NCBI RefSeq assembly: GCF_026571515.1
Contig: NW_026853242.1
Span: 124,001 to 188,000 of the forward strand
Source of the DNA: Ruditapes philippinarum
Lineage: Eukaryota
Reading direction: 5' to 3'
Length of the DNA: 64,000 nucleotides
Shown: one piece after another, positions 26,603-38,680 of the stretch
How the letters are laid out: each line of letters starts with the position of its first letter
How positions within the stretch are numbered: the stretch's first letter is position 1
The notes under the pieces: generated by a model
The model's input: only the letters and a program-made list of their open reading frames with translations
Told to the model about the DNA's origin: nothing
The model's database searches: none
Translations under genes and position numbers: made by a program

Positions 26603-26818
26603 TACTGTAAAATAAGTATTTTTTTCAAGGGATTAAATTTTGCTCATTTTGCAGATCGAAGATGTTTGCAAAAAAAAAAGTTTGTTCTCTAAGAATCTAA
26701 ATGTCATATAGATTTAACTGAAATGTGAGAAAAATTTTGGAAAATTTTACCTTGCCAATCAGTCTGAAATTTTGAAAGTGTGAAATTTTGTCCCTGCGGA
26801 AATTTCTGGTTTTACAGA
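26603..26818. mobile_element. Degenerate short MITE (TACTGTAAAA...TTTTACAG)
   Basis: Terminal inverted CTGTAAAA/TTTTACAG with internal GCGAAAATT-like inverted motifs, decayed. Confidence 0.5.
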
Positions 26819-27301
26819 AGTACAGGTTGACTCACTAAGAATGGTTTACCAAAATTAGAAGTTGCTTGAAATAAAGTATATAAGTGATAAGCTTGGAATT
26901 TTGTATACGTTCCTGGAACACACATAATTTTAATATACCAACATCAGCAGGGGTTGTTCATACATGTACATAAAACTTTTCCTTTTATGATTGGTTTAGG
27001 ACAAGATAAAATTATTTACATATGTATTTGGTTAGTACTTGAAAAATATAAAAAGAAAACATTGGAATATTCTATTCAAGTATTTGAGACTTGTAATTTA
27101 TATCTATATTATAAATATACTGTCATAACTGCATTTGTATGTATGCATTTAGTATTTAAGATTTGGAATTTATAATTATTTAATAATTATACTAACACAG
27201 TTGCATTATGTATGCATTTCTCTATATTGAGAAAAAAGCATTTAAACCAAAAAAATAACTTTTCTTACGATCATCTCTGATCATTATTTTTATTATGACA
27301 G

Positions 27302-28240
27302 ATTTTTCCATGTTGCACGAGAGATTGTGAATGTTGTGACGATGGTTGTTGCATGTGTTGTGCAGACTGTGACGCCCTTGTTTGTTGCTGTTTGGAGATC
27401 AGACTGGTATCAAAAAGTGCGTCGGACAAAAACACGTCTAATGTGGCAGCAAAATACACACCAAACTACTCAAAAACTGAAATATATACAAATAAATCAA
27501 ACCAAAATAACTCTGGGAAAGACAATTCAGCGTCAACTAAAGCAGGTAATTCTGCTAAGTCAACTATAAATCAGGGAACAAAAAAGTCATCATCTGAAAA
27601 AAGTTTGGGTATTAGAAGTACTCAGAGTACACCAAGAGCTCCCAATTCATCAAGGTCTGTCAGTCAGCTACAGTTAGAATACTCTAGCAGCTCCAGTACC
27701 AGACAGCTTAAGACAGGCAAACCAACTACCAAAATGAAACCACCATCAGGGATAAGTAGAAAATCAGACACAAAATCAAACACATCAAGCACAAGGTCAC
27801 TTCCTGGACCACCAACAATACCTCCTAAATTGAAGAGTTCAGATAAAAATAAACTTAAACCTGGCTCTAGAAAAAGAACAAGTAGTGAGCCTTCAGCTAG
27901 TGAGTTGAAAGAGGTACCAGTAAAACAGCAAAGTGTCCTTTTACATTCACATTTATATGAAAGCACATATTCTATTGGGTCAGGAAGCTTTCATGGTGGC
28001 CAAGATTTAATTCTTGGATTACCTCCTCAATTTGATGCATCATCTCAGGCAGCTTTATTAGATTCTAGTTCTCTTAACAGACATGGTTATTCTAGTTTGC
28101 CTCAAATGAGTCCGGGAACCATTCTAGATGGTTCTGGTACCCATAGGAGTTCAGCGGCTGGTTCCACTTTCAGTGTACATTTTGAAGATATTAATTCTCT
28201 GGCTTCACCACGACCGTTACCGGGACTACCAGCAAGATAG
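27302..28240 (+). CDS. Alternative terminal exon B of the Cys-rich membrane protein (312 aa: Cys cluster + Ser/Lys/Thr-rich disordered tail)
   Basis: Acceptor TTATTTTTATTATGACAG at 27301, phase 0. IFPCCTRDCECCDDGCCMCCADCDALVCCCLEIRL continues the Cys pattern of exon 3. 939-nt open frame, AATAAA at 28308 and 28346. Confidence 0.85.
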   Translation: MFPCCTRDCECCDDGCCMCCADCDALVCCCLEIRLVSKSASDKNTSNVAAKYTPNYSKTEIYTNKSNQNNSGKDNSASTKAGNSAKSTINQGTKKSSSEKSLGIRSTQSTPRAPNSSRSVSQLQLEYSSSSSTRQLKTGKPTTKMKPPSGISRKSDTKSNTSSTRSLPGPPTIPPKLKSSDKNKLKPGSRKRTSSEPSASELKEVPVKQQSVLLHSHLYESTYSIGSGSFHGGQDLILGLPPQFDASSQAALLDSSSLNRHGYSSLPQMSPGTILDGSGTHRSSAAGSTFSVHFEDINSLASPRPLPGLPAR

Positions 28241-29155
28241 CAGTTAATCATGATGGAAATGCGTAAGTCTTTAAAACTATTAGATAGACAAATGTATTCT
28301 ACTGGTAAATAAATTATTGACACCCTTTAAATATAATTATGTTTCAATAAAATAAAACAAAACTTTATTCTACTGAACTGACTTTTTGATATTTTATTTA
28401 AAATAAGAGTTGGCAATTTGGGTCTTTTACTAATTTTGTTCCAGCCAGGTAAGTTTAATCATGGATTTATATATTAAACATCAGTGGTTTAATTGAGGTA
28501 AGTAAAATTGTTAATAGTTAATTGTTTGTTAATTTTGTTTGTTTGGTTACAACTTACAAGAGATCACATTGACATTTTAATAATACAACTTAAAGCATTA
28601 CTTTGTCAAATCGGATTTAATACTACATTTAAGGGGTTTGTTCCTAAAACAAGATACTATTATATAATACAATGAATTAATTTCATTTTCCTACGTAACA
28701 ACAACGTTAAATGATGCATTGTGCTACTGCATTTTAATTGATCCAGTGCCCTTATATTATATTATACATAATTAAGCATGATTTGTTATGATTTTAACAA
28801 ATGTAGTTTACTAGTATGGTGAAACAAAAACAAAGGCATTGATACTGTGCATTTTGCTAGATGATTTATGAATGTTGAAATGTGGAATTTGATAACAGAT
28901 ATGTATCTAGTCAGCTTTAATAACCCAATGATTTAAGTGTAATGTGTGAAGATTTTGTAGAAAGTTGTCTGCCTAGCTATAACTAACAAAATGTTGGTGC
29001 TCTGTGCACCTGAGATAATTTATGCAAATCTGTTTAGGCTTTACTTTTGTGTTTGTACCTAAAGCATGTCTGTTTTGCCAGAATTTTATGCTAAAAGATG
29101 AAATTGATCCATGTAAACTTTTAAAATAACATCACAATTTTGATGTATATTTCAG

Positions 29156-31687
29156 ACATTACAGTACATATTTTGTTGTCCGTTGAAGTGTGCAGCGGAA
29201 CATTGTTTGATCGGTAAACCAGAGACGGCGATACCAAAGTGGCAGTATGAAGGCAAAACTTTCTGGGAGTGGACTAAATCGAAGATGGGTTACTCATTGA
29301 AATGTACAGACTGTGCCTGCATGACGTGCTATAAATTGACGGAAGATGATTCTAATATTTGTTCATCATTCAGGGCTTGTTGGTCAGACATTCGGGCCAA
29401 AAAACCTTTGTCCTGTAAGTGCCTTGAGAATGATTGTACAAACCCGTTAACAGCTTTGTGTTCAAGAATTAGTGACTGGAAGTGTCTAAAATGTGCCAAA
29501 GACAATGACAGTTTAAGTGTGTGTGACAGTTGCAATTTCTTTTCTGTTGTTAAGTCAGAACCTTTTATATGTCCAACTTACAAAATGAGAGTAAGTGCTA
29601 ATTTAAGAGATATGACACGATGTCCGAGTTGCCCGGACCATGTGCTTTGTTTCACGTGCGTAGAGGATCAGTTTGTCAATTGTTGTTGTCATTACGTGTT
29701 TTTTAATAGGTGCGGTGATCCTTACTTCCGTTACGATGACAAAGAAGATATCTGCTCGTTTAGAGAATCCAACTTTTGTTCGTTCATGTTTCAAGTTCTT
29801 TTAAACATTCCACGTCTTCTATGTTTTGGTTGTGTAGGGCTGTGTGAAAACAATGTCAGATGTTGTTACTTCACTTCTATTAACTTTGCTAGTCTACTAT
29901 GCTGTAAATGCTCAGATGAGGAATTTTGCCTCAGTTATACGTGTCTATGTTTCGATTGTGAAAAGATCACGAAAAAGGAAATAGGTCAGACGAATGAAGA
30001 CTTACAGAGCTGCAAATGTGGTTGTTGTATTTACATGAAAAGAAAGCATTATCCATTTCTTGATTTTGATATTGACATTAAGGAACCAGTAGACTCTGTT
30101 CAAACCACCAGTGATGAAAGCCTTGTAAACACTCAACCTAAAGCAAGCAGAGAAGCAATTTATCTTGACAGTCATAGAATTAATTCAATGTTTGAAATTG
30201 TTAATGAGACACAAGAGAGCTTTGATGAGTCTTCAGATAAAACAAATCTTGTTTCCAAGAATGAGTCTTTAGATAAAACAAATCTTGTTTCCAAGACAAA
30301 TCTTGTTTCCAAGAATTCTAAAAGAAAAAGCCAGCAAGGAAGAAGCTCTGTTAGTAAATCAGCTATACATGCACACCATGATAAAGGTAGAAATGTCAAT
30401 TCAGAATTGGATACTTCTAGTGAGAGTAGCTTTTCTTATCTTGATGTTAAACAAATACATGCATTGCAGAAGAAACTAATATATAGTGATGATGAAATAG
30501 ACCCTGAGGTAAAGGAAATTGATGATACAGATGTTGTGAAAAGAAAACAAAGAAAAGGCCATTTTGATAAAAGTGGTGGGAGAAAGAGACAAAATATTTC
30601 TAGAAGTTCTGGTGGTGGAAGAAAGAGACAAAATATTTCTAGAAGTTCTATGTCGAGAGAAGATTCTTTTGAGGCACCTAAATTTCATAAAACAGGTATT
30701 TTGAAAAGTGAATCAACTACACTAGGTGATGAAAACTGTGACACTGAATCAGAACCATTTTCAATATATAGCAGTAGTAGAGAAAATGAACATAGAACCA
30801 GAAAAAAAGCTCATTTTGCAAATGAAGATGCAGTATTGATAAAAGAACTCTTCCCAGTTAAAGACTCTGACACAAGTTTAAATGGAAAGCTAGTTTCAGA
30901 AATTTCCAATGAAATTTACGAAAGCAATGCAGATGTTAGTTGCAAAAGAAAGAGAAAAGTGGATGATAAGAAATTAAGGTCAAGGAAAAAATCAACTACA
31001 AGCAGTTCCCGTGGCAATGATCTTGGAAGGTCACTTAGCAAATCAAACAGTTCCATTGGCACTGATCTTGGAAGGTCGCTTAGCAAATCAAACAATTCCA
31101 GTGGAAATGATCTTGGAAGGTCACTTAGATCCTATGGCAATGATCTTGGTATGTCGCTTAGCAAAACAAACAGTTCCAGTGAAAATGGTCTTGGACGGTC
31201 GCTTAGCAAATCAAACAGATCCCGTGGCAATAATCTCGGAAAGTCACTTGGCAAATCAAACAGTTCCAGTGGCAATGATCTTGGAAGGTCACTTAGCAAA
31301 TCAAACAGTTCCTTTGGAAATGATGTTGGTAAGTCACTTAGCAAATCAAACAGTTCCATCAGAAGTGATCTTGAAAGGTCAACTTGCAAATCAAGCAGGT
31401 CCGGTGGAAATGATCTTGGTAAGTCACTCAGCATATCAAACCGGCTCCTTCACTCTGAACAGAATTTCAACGGCAGTAAAACAAAAAGATCTTCAAGGAA
31501 GAAAACAAGTTCTGGTAAGAGACAGGCCATTGAAACTGAAGAATTAAGAAAGTGTGATGATGTTGTAATAGTTGAATATGATTCATCAGAGGAATATTTT
31601 GCTGTGGACAAAGATTTTGTTGTAGACAAAGTATCATGTAAAGAGGACGAAATGAAAATAGAAGATATAGAGGACCTGTCAGATTAA
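29156..31687 (+). CDS. Alternative terminal exon C (843 aa: ~45-Cys region + acidic/basic disordered tail with 15-aa repeats)
   Basis: Acceptor TATATTTCAG at 29155, phase 0, frame opens TLQYIFCCPLKC with no ATG at its start. 2532-nt open frame in AT-rich DNA, AATAAA at 31737 and 31743. Coding status is well supported; linkage to the upstream exons is inferred. Confidence 0.8.
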   Translation, partial: TLQYIFCCPLKCAAEHCLIGKPETAIPKWQYEGKTFWEWTKSKMGYSLKCTDCACMTCYKLTEDDSNICSSFRACWSDIRAKKPLSCKCLENDCTNPLTALCSRISDWKCLKCAKDNDSLSVCDSCNFFSVVKSEPFICPTYKMRVSANLRDMTRCPSCPDHVLCFTCVEDQFVNCCCHYVFFNRCGDPYFRYDDKEDICSFRESNFCSFMFQVLLNIPRLLCFGCVGLCENNVRCCYFTSINFASLLCCKCSDEEFCLSYTCLCFDCEKITKKEIGQTNEDLQSCKCGCCIYMKRKHYPFLDFDIDIKEPVDSVQTTSDESLVNTQPKASREAIYLDSHRINSMFEIVNETQESFDESSDKTNLVSKNESLDKTNLVSKTNLVSKNSKRKSQQGRSSVSKSAIHAHHDKGRNVNSELDTSSESSFSYLDVKQIHALQKKLIYSDDEIDPEVKEIDDTDVVKRKQRKGHFDKSGGRKRQNISRSSGGGRKRQNISRSSMSREDSFEAPKFHKTGILKSESTTLGDENCDTESEPFSIYSSSRENEHRTRKKAHFANEDAVLIKELFPVKDSDTSLNGKLVSEISNEIYESNADVSCKRKRKVDDKKLRSRKKSTTSSSRGNDLGRSLSKSNSSIGTDLGRSLSKSNNSSGNDLGRSLRSYGNDLGMSLSKTNSSSENGLGRSLSKSNRSRGNNLGKSLGKSNSSSGNDLGRSLSKSNSSFGNDVGKSLSKSNSSIRSDLERSTCKSSRSGGNDLGKSLSISNRLLHSEQNFNGSKTKRSSRKKTSSGKRQAIETEELRKCDDVVIVEYDSSEEYFAVDKDFVVDKVSCKEDEMKIEDIEDLSD
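31013..31440 (+). repeat. Coding 45-bp tandem repeat (GNDLGRSLSKSNSSS, about 10 copies)
   Basis: GGCAATGATCTTGGAAGGTCACTTAGCAAATCAAACAGTTCCAGT units, frame preserved even across the shortened unit. Confidence 0.95.
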
Positions 31688-34600
31688 AGAAAATATTATC
31701 TATTAGACAGAGTTATGATGGATAGTAAACTGACCAAATAAAAATAAAGCAGTCTTTGATAGATTAGCACAAAAGGGAGGTAACCACATTTAATGTAAAA
31801 GGGAAGTAATCATATTTATTTAAAGCTGAAATAATGAGGTATAATATTAATTTTCATAGAAGGCAGTTTAATCTGAAAACCAGTCTTGTAGTTGTACAAA
31901 TTCTTTTATGTTTAATGTGGAAATGTTTGTTTGAAAATAATTTCACTTTATGTTAATTAACCTAACATAAGAATGTGTTGTTAGTAAGTAATGACTTTAG
32001 ATAATGTATTGATTTATCACTTATCAGATGATTGAAATGCAGGGAAATATTTGTTAAATTATTGAATGTATGTCTGTATTGAATGAGCTAGAAATAGTAA
32101 TTTGTGCTTAGTGATATTTTTAAACCTCGTGCTTGAGTGGTTAAGATATAGATTTATTAATTTTTTTCGACTGTTCTATTGTTTAAACTTTGTTCATTCA
32201 GTCACATGTATTTGGTAACAATAGTAAATTATAGTTATATTTTACTTTTTGGCCGTCCAATGTTAGTTTATAGTTATATTTTTCTTTTTGGCCGTCCAAT
32301 TCTTTTTTTCTTCACTGTTTTATGTTGTTGTTTAGTATTTTATAAAATTATTATTATCAATATGTTTTTACATTATATTATATTATATAATAAATAAATT
32401 TGGGCACTATTTTTATCCATGTATTTTTACATTCATTGTGCCTTACTTAACAAAGTTGTAGAGAATTATGTTGGATATTTAGTTAGTATTTCAAAGAATC
32501 TCTTCATAAATTGTTTCTTTTATGTCTATTATGAATGGTATATTATACATATACAAATACTTACAAATTATTTAAAGGTAAATAGTTTTATCCTCTTTGT
32601 CTAATTGAAGCTCATTGTTGGATTTGTGAATGTTGGCGTAATAATTCTTTCTATTAGCAGCTTCAACATTACTTAAAGACATTGTCAACCAAACTTTTGC
32701 AGAAAGGTTGTCACTAAGTGCCTTGAAGCATATTATCTGAATATTATCTGAATGTCATTTGATTATTTTGGGCAAAATTTTGGCCCATCTTTTTTCACAT
32801 ATGTAAATTTGGTTGTAAACCAGATTTTGTAACAATATATTATATTGGCAGTTGTGAATATTTTTTTGTGAATTTTTTCAGTAATTCATTTTGAGATTTT
32901 CCATTTAAAAATGTTATGATGCCTTATCAGAGGCTGGTATAGTAATCAAGTATTTAGCATTATTAAACACTAAGTAATTTTATACCTGTTTTGATGTGTA
33001 GCTTCAGTTATCAATATAAAGGTTACCATCCAAGGTCCATCACTCTTGCTTGAATTTTTACTGAATCATGGCCCTTTGTGAACAAAATTCCTGGTTTAAC
33101 GTTCAAAACTATTGAAGGCATTCACTTCAGACTTATAAAATTTCAAGTCCAATAACTCGGGTGTATTTTGATTTTTTTATGGCCCTTTGTGAACTTGCAA
33201 ATGTACTTGGGAACATAACTTAAGGTCACTGTCCAAGGCCCATAACTCTCAGATGTATTTGACTGATGGCCATTTGTGAACTAAGAAAAAAGCTTTTAGT
33301 TAATGGTACTGACAACACCAATCTTGAAAGCTACTGATCTTTATTCAACACGTTTTTGTGATCATAATTTAAGGTTGTAGGGAAGGCCCACAAATTGCTC
33401 CTTTTTTTTATAATGAAAAACCCTTTTTCCCTGTTGTAAAAAACAATTTTTTTGATTCAGCACTGGGTTTTTTTGTCAACCCCAAAACCAAAAAGTTGAG
33501 TATTTAGTTTCCCAAATGACAGTTTTTGTTTAAAAATAGGCACTATTTAAATAAATTTTTTGTGAAAAGTAAAATTTTTAGAGTGGGTTTAAAGGTAATG
33601 ATTTTTGCCTCAACCTAGGAAATTTATGGGGGTTTTTCCTTTTAAAATTTGGATAAAACCCATCTTTTTCCCCATATGAAATAGTACTGGTTAAGTTTTG
33701 GCCCAAAAAGGTTTTTTTAAAAGCCTTGAGCCTTCAAATTTTAGCCCAAATAAAATTTTATTAATAATTTAATAAACCCAAAAAAATTCAAGAGTTTTAC
33801 ATGTAAATGTATAATGATTTTTCTTTCACCAGTTTGAGCTGGAAAGATGCCATAATGACTTGTAATGTTTAAACCATCTGCTTTAATAAAACCCAAGGAA
33901 AACCAATCTTACATCTACATTGTATATCCATATATTGGTTAAGGCATTAAGTTACGAGTCAATACGTCATTTATCAAAAGACATTTATTGTTTGTTTAGG
34001 ATTTATTGGCATATTTAAATCTGATATTATCTCGACAACTTCCTGATAGCCTACAATTATTTATTATATATTAACCTGAAGCAGAAAATGTTAAAATGAT
34101 ATAATTGTTAAAAATACAGAATAATTGTTTATTTGTAAGTTATAATGCCTCGTTTATTAAAACAGGTCATCATAATTCATACTAAACTATCTACATGTTC
34201 AATTTGGCTGCTCATTTTGAAACATTTTGTCATTTTAAAAGTCATTAAAAGTAATAATGGTGAAAGTGGTTTTTATAGAAATTTAGTAACTGTATCCCAA
34301 AGTTACACATAAAAGCAGGGTAGGGGGTTTAATGTTCATGTCAGCATTAGTCATAATTTCATATGTATAATATTTATATCTTTCTTATTTTTGAGAAAGT
34401 ATGAGTTTAAATAGAGTTACTGATTTTTAGTTCGGAAAAAATTTTGTATGCATATTGGCATGTCCAAAACTATAATGAAGGTTTTACACACTTGTTCTCA
34501 GTGATTATTTAACATATTTGGCACAGGTCACATAACTCTGAATTATCTTTTTACAGAGTTATTCCACATTCTTACTCTCGAGCACTGAGAATAGTCGAGC

Positions 34601-36703
34601 ATGCTGTCTTACAAACAATTCTTGTTTAAAAAATTTTAACATGCATAATTTATACTTATTTAATGTGACAGTTCAATTGAAATGTTCCCTGTTGTTATCT
34701 TACCTAAGCAAATATAAACAGAGGAAAATTTTTCAAAAAAAAATTTCAAATTTTTTTAAGAAGTTTATTCAAAGTAAAAAATTTTTCTATATTAAAAAAA
34801 AAAGTGTTTTGTTTTTAACCCCTTTTTTTAAAGGGGAGTAAACATTTATTTCCCTACCCGTAAATTATGCTAAGGCATGGGGGGTTTTTTTTTAAAATTA
34901 TTTTTTTTTATATTTTCGGGCTTTTTTTTTTGTTTTTATTGGTTTTATTTTTTAAAAGACCCCTTAAAAGTTTTAAAATTTCTATTCTCTTTTATTTGTC
35001 ATTTCGCAAAGGGCTTGAAAAAACCCTTTTTCCCAAAGATTTTTAACCAAATTCTAAAAGAAATTTTCTTTTAGAGTTTTTATTAAAACATTAAATGTAG
35101 TTACCCCTGTAAATTTTTAAAAAAATTCTTTACGTGCCAAAAAAAAAATAATTATAAACCCTAAACAAAAAATTAAACGCCTATATTTGGATTAATAAGC
35201 AACCAAGATGGCACAAAAGTTAACTTGCAAGAACCTTCACTGCCTTCTGTCTGTATGTCTGTCCGTCCGTCTGTCAGTTCATTTAGATTTACTCTGACTG
35301 ATCAAAGTTCTTCATAGTTTTCCTGGTGCAAAGATTTCTTATTCTGTTAAATATACATTTCTTTAACTTTTTAAACACTACCAATGATACTGTTAAGCCT
35401 GTTTTACCTGTATAAAACCAAGCCAGCCTGAAAATGTGTACAATCAGGCTTTATAGATTGGTTGTTCAGTTTATTTTTATATTAAACCCCTTAAAATGAT
35501 AATTGATAGTTTTAAATGAAAAACAAATCCAGGGCAAAACTAGTATACAAGTCAAGGGTCATAGAAATAACTTGCTAAAATTAGATAAGTTTATCACAAA
35601 TTCATTTTAGTTGATTGTATTGGAAGCTTGCCACTTGCTTGATTATTGAAATACAGTCAGACTATAGTTGATAAAAACTTTTGATGTTAATAAAAACCTA
35701 ATATTTGCATGATAATTGTACATTCAATATTGAATACATCTAGTGCCACATATAAAGTTCATCTGCATTGTTTGTTCACTTTAAGACTCCTGATTATGTG
35801 GGGCTTGGATCTGAAACCCTTTTAGTGTTTTTCTTTATTGTATTTTCAAAAAATTATGTAAACTCTGTTAATGTATACTGTTAGATATTTAATTGATAAC
35901 TTATTGAATAAAACCATTGTCTTTAATTGACTGTTGTTGTTTCATAATTAAAATGTATGTCCTTATGAAATTTGGTTTGTTTCTAATGCAGGTTTTTTTC
36001 ATTTAGAGCCAGTAAGGTCAAAGTCATGAGCCAGTAAGGTCAAAGCCATATTTAACTTCTAAAGTAAACTCAATATTTACAGTGGGTACTTGCGTAGTAT
36101 CAATTTTCGTCGGCAACCTAGGCTATTTACCGTGTACCAGTATTATATATAGTGCCGTGGGTTCCAAAGATGATCAAATTAAGGTCTGGTGATGATGTAA
36201 GAAAGGCTTGTATACATACATGCTGTTAGATTGTCTGTAAAACTCCAACAAGGGTCGATACATGTATATAAATGTTACAGCATAAATAAAATGAAAAGAA
36301 GACAAAAATTAAACAAAAATAGTAACATTTTATTCCAATGAAAGACATTGTTGCAAGAAAATATACCTTTGTAACTTATATTACAATGAGATTGATGGGT
36401 ATAAAGCTATATATCTATAGAAATATTCTTTTATAAAATCTATAAACGGTTAAATTTATCGTTTCCGTAATCAATTCTCAAAAAAAAAGGTGTCTTATTT
36501 AACACAAATAAATTGTGTACGTTAACTGAATAAAATGTTTCGAAACTACTTTCTACGGTGTATTTTAAGCGGGGTTTTAACTATTTAGCAATTATTTCGT
36601 GCATGCGCCATTCACTGGGTAAAATACGAACATATTTCTTTCATACAGGTATTTTGAAGATATTCTTCAAACAGCGGATATGTAAACTACAGGCAGCATA
36701 TTT

Positions 36704-37163
36704 ATACAATCATACAAGCTCTATACAACCAGACAAGCTCTTTAAAATCAAACCATTTCTGTACAGCCAGACAAGCTCTATACAATCATACAAGCTCTAT
36801 ACAACCATACAAGCTCTTTACAATCAAAACAGCTCTACAATCATACAAACTCTGTATAATGATACAAGCCCTGTACAATCATACAAGCTCTGTACAATCA
36901 TACAAGCCCTGTACAATCATACAAGCTCTTTACAATAGTACAAGCCCTGTACAATCATACAAGCTCTATACAATCAAACAAGCCCTGTACAATCATACAA
37001 GCTCTATACAATAGTACAAGCCCTGTACAATCATACAAGCTCTATACAATCATACAAGCCCTGTTCAATCATACAAGCTCTATATAATAGTACAAGCCCT
37101 GTACAATCATACAAGTTCTATAAAAGCTCTATACAATCATACGAGCCCTGTATAATCATACAA
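36704..37163. repeat. 19-bp minisatellite (TACAATCATACAAGCTCTA / ..CCCTG variants)
   Basis: Visible array. The right half alternates two variants to give a 38-bp dimer. Confidence 0.95.
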
Positions 37164-38680
37164 ACTATTCTAGAATTGTTGACGGTGGCAAGAATTGAAG
37201 TATAACTTGAAATGATATGGTATGGACAGTCCATAGCATGTGTTGCTTGAAATATTAAAAATAAAATTTACAATCAGTTAACTATGACGCTAGTAAAAAG
37301 TATAATGTTGTGATTATTAATGTTAAGCAAAAGGGCTAAACAAAAGCAGCGATTCTGCAATATATTTATCGAAATTTCATACCTGCGGTCCATGAATTTA
37401 CCAATTTACCAGGTATTGCAATAGTCTTAAAAACGATAATTTTGCTAAAAGCCTTGTAAATATAATTATAAATGCTGAACTACATTAAATTTTGCAATCT
37501 GTCTTCTGTTATATTATAATGATGACCTTGCAACACGACTTCAAGTAAAGTTAAAAAAAAAAAAACAACAAACAAGCAAACAAAAACCCAACATATTTAC
37601 AAATGTTTAAAAAGAACTTGCATTGTTTTACAACAATCAATATGATTTGTAAAACAATATCCAAAACAAAAATAAAACACATTTTTCCTTAACTCACCAT
37701 TAGATGGTTATTTGTTTACAGTTATTTATACAAATATGGCACATAAAGATCTACAGAATTCGAAAGCATGTGCATGGATCGAACATCTCAGCTTCATGAC
37801 TTCTCCATATTATCTTCATGAAGTTGTAATGCCCCAACCGTATTTCGTTAGAAAACTATTGATCTTTTTACAGTACGATTTTCCCATAGTTGCGGATGTT
37901 GTATGTCACGCATGCGCATTTTGCGTAGGGCAAAAATGCAATAAGGAAAGACTACAATTTATCATACTTGGCTAACCACCATTCAGAATCTATGAAATGT
38001 TTTTTTAGAGTTTTTATTTATTTGGTATAATCCAAAATAACTGAAAATATTTTTCTCTTACGCAACCCAGCATTGTTACACAGCTTGTTTATAGTTGCCT
38101 TTAAAATCGTTTAATATTAGTTGCAGAAAAAAAGAAAATGACACGAATAAAAATAAAATGAATATTTTAAAATGGTTAAACTTTCGACACTAAACAATAG
38201 CCGCAAAAATTAAAGAAAATTTGAAAGTATTTCAGCATTCGTTTAATTAATAAAACAACAATCATTTGTAAAACTAGTCATTAAAATACTGTCGGAGCAC
38301 TCGAAACATTCTTGTATAATATACCTTCACGATAGTTTGAAACTTTTGTAATGAAAAAATCAAACTAGAAGGAAAATATTTGTAATATAGCATATTTTTT
38401 GGAATTCTAAAGAAAATATAACTGATCCTGTTTGCGTTATATTCTTATTGACTAATTCACATTTTACCTCCCGTACATTAGCATCTAATTGGTTCGCACG
38501 TTCGCCTCGTAATCAATGATGTTCCTGAGCTAATGGTATCTAGCCAATTACATGTGATGCTTTTTATGAGGAAATGATTGTCAAAGCATTGTATATATAT
38601 ATATCACAGATATGCAAAACTTTGTATTGAAAACAATACACTCTAAATACAATGAATTATTCCTATTAATTTCCGCAGTC

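Noticed and set aside
36558-36938. 126-aa ORF
   Set aside because: Runs through the 19-bp minisatellite; no splice or homology support.
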